Shown: piece by piece, positions 57,238 to 64,000 of the stretch
How positions within the stretch are numbered: position 1 is the stretch's first letter
Layout: the number at the start of each line of letters is the position of its first letter
From: Patescibacteria group bacterium
GTDB taxonomy: Bacteria > Patescibacteriota > Minisyncoccia > Phycocordibacterales > SBAW01
DNA length: 64,000 bases
Assembly: GCA_016176685.1 (NCBI GenBank)
Contig: JACOWS010000001.1
Location: forward strand, 78,113 to 142,112
Reading direction: 5' to 3'
Made by a program: the position numbers and the translations under genes
Notes under the pieces: model-generated
Database searches by the model: none
What the model was told of the DNA's origin: nothing
The model's input: the letters and a program-made list of their open reading frames with translations, nothing else

Positions 57238-57621
57238 TTAGAGCCCTTTCTCCTGTGACAGGTGCTTGAGGCAGGTGCGCGCGGCAGGGTTGGCCATGAG
57301 CCGCGCCTCTTCTATTTCTTCGTCATCCACCTCGCAACGGCCGTAGGTGCCGTCTTCTATCTTTTTTAGTGCACGTTTAACATTGTTGTAGCGAATTTCC
57401 AGCTCGTCTACTATGGCGCGGTTCTCGTTGTACTCTTCTATTTTGTCCGCAGACTCGTTTGGGTCGGCCATAGGGGCCATAACATCCATGTTCTTCTCGG
57501 TCGCTTCCCAGTCATTGGGGTTTGCGGGGTTTTGCCAGCCAATGCCTCTAAGCTCCCTTTCCACCACCCCAAACTCCTCTTCAAGTTTTTTTTTATACTG
57601 CGCGGTGTTGTGTGATGTCAT
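57238..57621 (-). CDS. DksA/TraR family protein
   Basis: Coiled coil with D..E.AD, AL.KI..GTYG.C, RL.A.P.A..C; only two Cys (CxxD, CxxH). Confidence 0.88.
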   Translation of the reverse strand: MTSHNTAQYKKKLEEEFGVVERELRGIGWQNPANPNDWEATEKNMDVMAPMADPNESADKIEEYNENRAIVDELEIRYNNVKRALKKIEDGTYGRCEVDDEEIEEARLMANPAARTCLKHLSQEKGL

Positions 57622-57685
57622 ATAGAAATAGTATCAAGCCGCACAGAGAGCGCAACTGGGAGGATTTGCGGTTAGTGTGGCGTGG

Positions 57686-58900
57686 TTACCGGACCGGTGC
57701 GTTTGAAATGCGGCTGACAATCTCGCGCAGGGTGTACTCGTTGGTGGTGATAAGCAGGGTCGAGCGGTCAAGGAAGGTCCACAGCAAGAGTATGTCGCCG
57801 TACTCGTTTTTTATCACGCGCGCGTCGTGGTTTTCAACCACGACGTCGGTAAACCCGGTGACGATAGCCCTCTGCTCTGGGGTAGAGGTTGCCAAACCCT
57901 CTTCCGGGATGTGCGGCCGCGGCGTGCGGGTAAAGAGGGGTGCCAGGTCGCTTTGCATGGTTGCCTCCCACCCCAACATCCCGGCAAAGGCCTGTTCGTA
58001 CGAGTCAACCGTGAGCATAAGAAACGCTTGGTGGTCGTCAAACACGTGCGCGCCAAACAAGTATGGCGCCGGCTCCACAGTGCGCACCAGTTCTTGTGGC
58101 GCGGTGGGCCCCAAAAGCGCCAAAAGTTTTTGTGCGTCTATAAGCGTGTACACCGCGACGCCGTCGGCATTGGTCGACATGGTGGCGGGATATATGCGCT
58201 CGATAAGTCCGAGCGAGAGCGCGACATTTTTGCGCATATCGTTGAACGCGCCCATGGCTATGGGGCGGGTAAAATCCGCTTCTGCAAAAGCAATCCCCCT
58301 GGTGTCGTCAACCAGTATAAAAGGCGCATCAGCCGCTGTGTTTGGCGGGACGCTTGGCACGGGCCGTAAAAAAAAGTACGCCAGCAGACCCGCCGCCGCC
58401 GCGAAAAAAAACACGCCACCCATAACCATGGCCAACCGGCCCCCAAGCCAATTGAGCCATTCGGTAGCCGGCGCGATGCTTGAAGCTTCGGGTGCCGCGT
58501 GCGGCGTGTGCGAGCGGCGTATCGCCTCTGCCGCGGCAATAGACACCACCGAGAGGTTTTTATTTTGCACCAAACTTTCTATGTCGCCCTGGTAGGTCTC
58601 AATCGGCCGCACCGCCGACTCTTCTTTTTTTTGTGGAACCGACTCTGCAGAACCCCCCGGAGCAAAAGTCCTCGGTGTCCTCGCGTTGCCTTCGGCAACG
58701 CTTGCGCCAGACTTTTGCTCCGGGGGGTTCTGCGCCGTGCCGCCCAGTTTTGCCGAAGTCTCCTGCTCAAGCAAAATGCCGGCGTTTACACGCTCGGTAC
58801 TGGCCGGCACGGCGCCTTCTTTTTTAGGCAGCAGAACGCTTTTAGGGTCTATGAGGAGGCCCCGCTCGCCGCTCGCCGCTGTGTCTTTGTCCGTTTCCAT
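57686..58900 (-). CDS. Single-TM hypothetical protein overlapping the pnp 3' end
   Basis: RPIETYQGDI, central TM, AFAGMLGWE, F.D.VV.N.D.R; contains the 87-bp element. Confidence 0.75.
   Translation of the reverse strand: METDKDTAASGERGLLIDPKSVLLPKKEGAVPASTERVNAGILLEQETSAKLGGTAQNPPEQKSGASVAEGNARTPRTFAPGGSAESVPQKKEESAVRPIETYQGDIESLVQNKNLSVVSIAAAEAIRRSHTPHAAPEASSIAPATEWLNWLGGRLAMVMGGVFFFAAAAGLLAYFFLRPVPSVPPNTAADAPFILVDDTRGIAFAEADFTRPIAMGAFNDMRKNVALSLGLIERIYPATMSTNADGVAVYTLIDAQKLLALLGPTAPQELVRTVEPAPYLFGAHVFDDHQAFLMLTVDSYEQAFAGMLGWEATMQSDLAPLFTRTPRPHIPEEGLATSTPEQRAIVTGFTDVVVENHDARVIKNEYGDILLLWTFLDRSTLLITTNEYTLREIVSRISNAPVR
58647..58733. repeat. 87-bp hairpin element in frame in the hypothetical gene
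   Basis: 24-bp perfect arms gcagaaccccccggagcaaaagtc / gacttttgctccggggggttctgc; core shared with the polA element. Confidence 0.9.
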
Positions 58901-61070
58901 TAGGGTTTTGTGAGGGTTTGAGCCCGTGGCGTGTCGCGAAGTCCGGGTCAACCGCTTTTATCGAAAGGTTGATGCGGCCTTTCTCATCTATCTCCTTTAT
59001 CATAACCCGCACTTTGTCCCCCACTTTTAAAGCGTCGCCGATTTTGTCGACACGAAACGGCGCAACTTCAGACACATGCACCAACCCCTCGGCATCTTTG
59101 CCGGGGCCAATACGCACAAACGCGCCAAAGTCCATAAGCCGTGTTACCTCGCCCTCGTACACTTCTCCCGCAAGATATTCTTTTACCACGGCCTCTATCA
59201 TTTCTTTTGCTTTCTTCGCGGTGCCGTTTTTGCCGGTGATAAACACGCTGCCGTCGTCTTCAATAGTAATGTCCTCCACGCCCGTGGCGTCTTTGATGCC
59301 GTTTATGGTTTTGCCGCCGCCGCCTATAACCAGGCCGATTTGCTCTTGCTTGACCCTCATGGTTATTATTTCCGGTGCGCGCGGCGAAAGTTGTGCGCGC
59401 GGTGCAGTTATTTCTTTTTCTATCACCGAAAGTATTTCCAGCCGCGCTTTTTTTGCCTGCATAAACGCTTCCGAAAGTGCCGCAAGCGGCACCCCCGCCA
59501 CCTTGACGTCCATCTGTACGGCGGTGACACCGTCACGAGTGCCGGCAACTTTAAAATCCATGTCGCCGTGGTGGTCTTCTGGCCCTTGGATGTCGGTAAG
59601 CACTTTATAGGCGCCGGCTTTAGCGTCCGACATCATGCCCATGGCGATCCCGGCAACCGGTTTGGTAATGGGGACGCCCGCATCCATAAGCGCCAGGGTG
59701 CCTGCACACACCGAGGCCATTGAGGTTGAGCCGTTAGAGGCGAGACTTTCGCACACAATGCGTATCGTGTACGGGAAGAGGTCTTTTGCAGGGATGACCG
59801 CGCGCAATGCTTTTTCGGCCAACGCACCGTGCCCTATCATGCGCCGATTCATGCCGCCCATCCGACCTGTCTCTCCCACTGAAAATGGCGGAAAGTTGTA
59901 GTGCAACATAAAACGCTTGGAGCCGTCCCGGGTTTCAATGGTGTCGACCACTTGCGCCTCGCCGGGGCCGCCCAGGGTGAGTGCGCCGAGTACGTGCGTG
60001 GCACCTCGGTAAAACAGGCCGGTCCCGTGTATCACCGGTGAAATACCGCCGGCTTTTGCATAGAGCGGGCGTATTTCGTCAAACGCGCGACCGTCGACGC
60101 GCTTACCTTCCTTTAGGGCCAGGTCGTGCACATACTCATCGAGCCGCTGCTCAAAGTAGGCATCTATCTGTCCGCCAGCAATATCGGGGATTTTTTCTGC
60201 GGCCTTCACTACCCACTCCTTTTTCATCGCGCCTATGTCGTCTTTGCCAAAAAGCCCGCCATGAATTGCCAGTATTGGCTCGACAATCTCGGCGAATGCA
60301 TCGGTTATTTCCGGGCCGTTTTCTTGCTGTTCAAAGACCGCTTTTGCCACCCCGCGCTCTTTAATTATTTCTTTCTGCCAATCCTGTATCTTTTCTATCT
60401 CTTGCAATGAGCGCGCCAATGCCCGTTCAAGCACATCCTCTCCCACCTCGCGCGCACCAACCTCTAGCATGTTAATAAGCCCGTCTTTGCCGCAGGCGGT
60501 CAGGTCCATGCGAGCCTTGGGCGGGAGGTCCTCATCGCGTTGCCGGTAGGTCGGGTAGACAATGAAATCATCCTCACTGTTACTTTGAGCAGAGTTGACG
60601 GGCTCTTCAAGGCCAAGGCGCACGGCAGAGACAGGGCCATGCCACGGTATGTTAGAGGTCGAAAGTGCGAGAGAAGCGGCTATAACCGCAAGCACATCGG
60701 TGTCATACTCTTCTATGGCAAGCACGGAGAGGATCACCTGCACCTCGCGCTTGAGCCCTTTGGGAAAGAGCGGGCGTATGGTGCGGTCGACAATGCGGCC
60801 GGAAAGCACCGCCTCGTCGCTGGGGCGCCCTTCGCGCCGCATAAAGCGGCTGCCGAGTATAGCCCCCGCAGCGTAAAATTTTTCTTCATACTCGACCGAG
60901 AGCGGAAAGTAGTCTAGTGTCGTTTCCTTAGTGCCCATGACCGCGGTGGCCAACACGGCGGAGTTGCCGTAGCGCACCAAGACCGAGCCGTTTGCCTGGT
61001 CGGCCCAGTCGTTAAACTCGGCGGTTACTGTTTTGCCGCCGATGTCTATCGAATATGTTTTGCTTTGCAT
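58842..61070 (-). CDS. pnp: Polyribonucleotide nucleotidyltransferase
   Basis: RREGRP, HYNFPPFSVGE, SNGSTSMASVC, GDMDFKVAG, KH and S1 domains. Confidence 0.97.
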   Translation of the reverse strand: MQSKTYSIDIGGKTVTAEFNDWADQANGSVLVRYGNSAVLATAVMGTKETTLDYFPLSVEYEEKFYAAGAILGSRFMRREGRPSDEAVLSGRIVDRTIRPLFPKGLKREVQVILSVLAIEEYDTDVLAVIAASLALSTSNIPWHGPVSAVRLGLEEPVNSAQSNSEDDFIVYPTYRQRDEDLPPKARMDLTACGKDGLINMLEVGAREVGEDVLERALARSLQEIEKIQDWQKEIIKERGVAKAVFEQQENGPEITDAFAEIVEPILAIHGGLFGKDDIGAMKKEWVVKAAEKIPDIAGGQIDAYFEQRLDEYVHDLALKEGKRVDGRAFDEIRPLYAKAGGISPVIHGTGLFYRGATHVLGALTLGGPGEAQVVDTIETRDGSKRFMLHYNFPPFSVGETGRMGGMNRRMIGHGALAEKALRAVIPAKDLFPYTIRIVCESLASNGSTSMASVCAGTLALMDAGVPITKPVAGIAMGMMSDAKAGAYKVLTDIQGPEDHHGDMDFKVAGTRDGVTAVQMDVKVAGVPLAALSEAFMQAKKARLEILSVIEKEITAPRAQLSPRAPEIITMRVKQEQIGLVIGGGGKTINGIKDATGVEDITIEDDGSVFITGKNGTAKKAKEMIEAVVKEYLAGEVYEGEVTRLMDFGAFVRIGPGKDAEGLVHVSEVAPFRVDKIGDALKVGDKVRVMIKEIDEKGRINLSIKAVDPDFATRHGLKPSQNPNGNGQRHSGERRAGPPHRP

Positions 61071-61128
61071 TTTGAAACTGTAGCAAAAAAACAGCGTGGG
61101 GGCGAGGATGCCATGCCCTCGCTTGGCA

Positions 61129-61782
61129 CTATATTTCTCCGGACATTTTTATTGCCGGGTCTTCGTCGTCACCAAAGGTACCGGGTGTTTCGGTGGTGTC
61201 GGGCGAGACGTCGGCGCTCTGCGCACGATCGTCGGAGCCGCTGCGGAAAGATGGGATAAACCGTCCGCCGCCGCGGTAACCTATGAGATAGTTTTTTGGA
61301 TTGTCGCACAGGTCGGTAAAGTCGTCGACCGCTTCGCGCAGTTGCCCGCTTGAAGATTTGCCAAACGCAATGACCTCCACTTGGCAGCCTTCGGTAAACC
61401 GCAGGTACTCCACCAGGGGGACAAAGTCACCGTCGCCCGTTGCCAAAATCACCGTGTCGAGTTTGTTGGCCATGGCAATGGCGTCTATAGCCATGCCGAT
61501 GTCCCAGTCTGCCTTTTTGGCGCCGCCGGCAAAAATGCGGATATCTTTTATTTTGGTTTCGATACCGAGTTTGTTGAGCGCTTCGAAAAAGCCCTTCTCG
61601 TCTTCCGACTCGGTGCGTATCACGTATGCCACCGCGCGGATAAGCTGGCGGCCGGCAAGCGCGTCTTTGACCACCTGGCCAAAGTTTACCTTTGCCTTAT
61701 AAAGGTTTTTTGCGCTGTGGTAGAGGTTTTGCGTGTCTATAAAAATGCCGACACGCTGGCTTTTATGTTTGATGATAGCCAT
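61129..61782 (-). CDS. NYN domain (LabA/DUF88) protein
   Basis: FIDTQNLY, KADWD, GDGDF. Confidence 0.9.
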   Translation of the reverse strand: MAIIKHKSQRVGIFIDTQNLYHSAKNLYKAKVNFGQVVKDALAGRQLIRAVAYVIRTESEDEKGFFEALNKLGIETKIKDIRIFAGGAKKADWDIGMAIDAIAMANKLDTVILATGDGDFVPLVEYLRFTEGCQVEVIAFGKSSSGQLREAVDDFTDLCDNPKNYLIGYRGGGRFIPSFRSGSDDRAQSADVSPDTTETPGTFGDDEDPAIKMSGEI

Positions 61783-61897
61783 ATAAATGAATGAACGTAC
61801 TTATAAAAAGTGCACTAAAGTACAGAACGGTTGAAGGAAGCTCCTTCAGTATATACGACGCACGAAGAAAAAGGGTGTTACAAAAAAGAAAAAGTGT

Positions 61898-62164
61898 TTA
61901 CTTCTTGAGGCCGAGCTTCTTTACCAGGGCGCTGTAGCGGCGCTTGTGGTTGCCCTCGAGATACTTCAAATGGGTGCGGCGGTCCGCAACCATTTGCAAA
62001 AGCCCGCGGCGGCTGTGCTTGTCCTTGGTGTGCTTCTTCAAATGCGAGGCGAGCTCATCTATACTCTTGGTCAAAAGAGCGACCTGCACCTCGGCCGAGC
62101 CGGTATCCCCCTCGTGGATACCCACCTCTTTCATAGTCTTGGCCTTTTTCTGCTTCGTAAGCAT
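61898..62164 (-). CDS. rpsO: 30S ribosomal protein S15
   Basis: DTGSAEVQVALLT, H.KD.HSRRGL. Confidence 0.97.
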   Translation of the reverse strand: MLTKQKKAKTMKEVGIHEGDTGSAEVQVALLTKSIDELASHLKKHTKDKHSRRGLLQMVADRRTHLKYLEGNHKRRYSALVKKLGLKK

Positions 62165-62298
62165 ATATAAATGCAGGGCCATACCAGCGCCCTGCTCCAA
62201 ACACCATATCACAGTGCCCCTTACTTTGCAAGGGGTTTGGTTATGGTATGTGAGAGTGTAGCGATATTGTGCGACGCCTCTGCTACAATAGGCAGAGT

Positions 62299-63225
62299 AT
62301 GGCATCACAAGATCTCAGGGTGCTCAAGACCGAGTTTTTGGAATATTTAGAGATAGAGCGCGGCCGGAGTGTCAAAACGGTCGCGAGTTACGACCGCTAC
62401 CTCACGCGTTTTTTTTCCCATGCAAAAGTAAGCTCTCCTGCCCGCATAACCGAGCCCGCGGTGCGCGAGTTTAGGCTCCACCTCAACCGCGCCCCCTCCG
62501 CCAAGGCTTCCGCGGGCCAGGCAGGCCTTAAGTTAATAACTGTAAACTACTACCTTATAGCTCTGCGCGCGTTCCTTAAGTTTTTGCGCAAGCGGGGTAT
62601 CGAGTCGCTCAACCCCGAGCGCATAGAGCTTGCCAAGGTCGGCGGGCGCGACCTCGACCTCATTTCCTCGGCCGAGCTTGAGCGCCTTATGCAGGGGCCC
62701 TCGGGCGGCTCGCTCCCGGCTTTGCGCGACAAGGCAATTTTGGAGCTCTTCTTCTCTACCGGGTTGCGCGTTTCGGAGCTGTGCGGGCTCAACCGCGACC
62801 TCGACCTCACGCGCGACGAGTTTTCCGTGCGCGGCAAGGGCGAGAAGGTGCGCGTGGTCTTCCTCTCCCCCGTGGCCAAGGCGGCCATCAAAAACTACCT
62901 TGCCAGACGCGCCGACATGGACGAGGCGTTGTTTGTGCAGATGGGCAGGTCCGCCAAAAGCGCAAAAGACTTGCGGCTTACCCCGCGCAGTATTGAAAGG
63001 ATGGTTAAGCACTACGCAATAAAGGCCGGTATCAACCGCAAAGTGACCCCGCATGTTATCCGCCACTCATTTGCCACCGACCTGCTCGAAAATGGGGCCG
63101 ATTTGCGTAGCGTACAGGCTCTGCTCGGCCACCAAAACATTGCAACCACCCAGGTCTACACCCACGTTACCGACAAGCACCACCGCGAGGTGCACCAGGC
63201 CTTCCATGGCAAGAGGAGGAAGTAG
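62299..63225 (+). CDS. XerC/XerD-type tyrosine recombinase
   Basis: RD.AILE..FSTGLRVSEL, GKG.K.R, TPHVIRHSFAT.LL, LLGH..I.TTQVYTHV. Confidence 0.92.
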   Translation: MASQDLRVLKTEFLEYLEIERGRSVKTVASYDRYLTRFFSHAKVSSPARITEPAVREFRLHLNRAPSAKASAGQAGLKLITVNYYLIALRAFLKFLRKRGIESLNPERIELAKVGGRDLDLISSAELERLMQGPSGGSLPALRDKAILELFFSTGLRVSELCGLNRDLDLTRDEFSVRGKGEKVRVVFLSPVAKAAIKNYLARRADMDEALFVQMGRSAKSAKDLRLTPRSIERMVKHYAIKAGINRKVTPHVIRHSFATDLLENGADLRSVQALLGHQNIATTQVYTHVTDKHHREVHQAFHGKRRK

Positions 63226-63232
63226 CAACCTC

Positions 63233-63267
63233 TAGCCCGGCAAGGTTAAACCTTGCCGGGCTAAAAA
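63233..63267. terminator. Hairpin between convergent genes containing an aaggttaaacctt unit
   Basis: tagcccggcaaggt..accttgccgggcta-aaaa. Confidence 0.7.
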
Positions 63268-64000
63268 TTAGAACGAGAAGTTAAACAGCGCCGCGGCGGC
63301 CGCGCCAATGGTGCCGGTGAGGTACTGCCACACCCCTCCTATAAACGACGTGTCAGAAGGGGGTGCCACAGTAACCGTTGCTTTCGGCGTGAGTATCATG
63401 TCGTAGTCTTTAAACTCCATTTCGACGCTCTTGAGCGCGGTCATCTCCCAGTGTACACCGGTAAATCGAGGAACGTAGTCGTCCAAACTCGACGACGTAA
63501 GGTACCCCTTGCTATACCCAACCTGAATCGCCTTTGCAAACATCGGTAAGATGTCTTTATCGATGGTTATCCACTGCATATCCCAGGCGCTCTGGCTCCC
63601 GTAGAAGTCACTGCTGGGAAGGCGATACAACAGTGCGCCGGTGCCTCCGTCTTTTTTGAGCTGGTACGAAATTGTGCGGTAGCGATTGTCATACAGTTTA
63701 ATGATGAAGTAGACCCACTCCCCATACCCAGGCGAGTTTGGGTTTGAGTTAACCAGTCTAAGATTTGCCTGCGCGTGCGCTCCCCCATTTCCTGGGCCGC
63801 CCTGCTCGGCCTTCGTCAACCGGAACGACATGGTGTAGTGCACCGACGCAAGTTGTGAAATAGGGATATCGTCTTCTTCATGCGTCTTGGGTGCCAGACT
63901 AAGGAATCCCTTTACGGGTGACACTGTTCCCAGACGTTGTATATGCGAACCCCAATCGATGGAATTCAGGCCGAGAAGCACGTAGTCGCCGGGGCCTAGT
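63268..64000 (-). CDS. Partial hypothetical protein (5' end outside the window), beta-rich with hydrophobic C-terminus
   Basis: Frame is open to the window edge. Confidence 0.6.
   Translation of the reverse strand, partial: LGPGDYVLLGLNSIDWGSHIQRLGTVSPVKGFLSLAPKTHEEDDIPISQLASVHYTMSFRLTKAEQGGPGNGGAHAQANLRLVNSNPNSPGYGEWVYFIIKLYDNRYRTISYQLKKDGGTGALLYRLPSSDFYGSQSAWDMQWITIDKDILPMFAKAIQVGYSKGYLTSSSLDDYVPRFTGVHWEMTALKSVEMEFKDYDMILTPKATVTVAPPSDTSFIGGVWQYLTGTIGAAAAALFNFSF

Noticed and set aside
62299-63225. Tyrosine recombinase as a prophage or island integrase
   Set aside because: Size and motifs fit housekeeping XerC/D; it has a core-type start signal, sits beside rpsO, and no att repeats or phage genes are visible.
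1-64000. CRISPR array or cas genes
   Set aside because: No regularly spaced direct repeats with unique spacers and no cas-like ORFs; the repeats present are dispersed palindromes.

Overview
Chromosomal window spanning the replication origin (dnaN-oriC-dnaA-rpmH-rnpA-yidC-jag) of a small-genome bacterium. Gene content and order suggest Patescibacteria/CPR, probably Parcubacteria; this is an inference, no database search was run. (1) 1-1.6 kb: short self-contained cassettes (a membrane micro-protein and a DinJ-YafQ toxin-antitoxin pair) separated by tRNA-end-like motifs. (2) 2.0-14.4 kb: an AT-richer, ArsR-led thiol-redox/NADPH gene run next to tRNA-Arg(CCG), including MerA, CcdA/TlpA, glutaredoxin and a Zwf-Gnd fusion. 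(3) Housekeeping core: rpsT, ruvABC, murE, trmH-like, polA, holA-like, tsaE, pilB-like, tyrS, class A PBP, rsmA, pcrA, comM, pnp, rpsO and a XerC/D-like gene. (4) 36.5-48.7 kb: a type IV secretion-like locus with VirB4, PrgI, VirB6-like and pilin-like genes and no relaxase in the window. Most unusual signals: several families of small palindromic elements inserted in frame in proteins, including two 87-bp covarying copies in polA and another gene; a pervasive -10 box 5-9 nt before start codons, suggesting leaderless mRNAs; an HTH-LAGLIDADG ORF starting immediately after tRNA-Lys; a cassette flanked by a recoded duplicate of the trmH 3' end; a LysM/M23 gene with a structured leader and no canonical start for its N-terminal anchor; and an unannotated, very acidic 44-aa microprotein. 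All calls come from reading motifs by eye.
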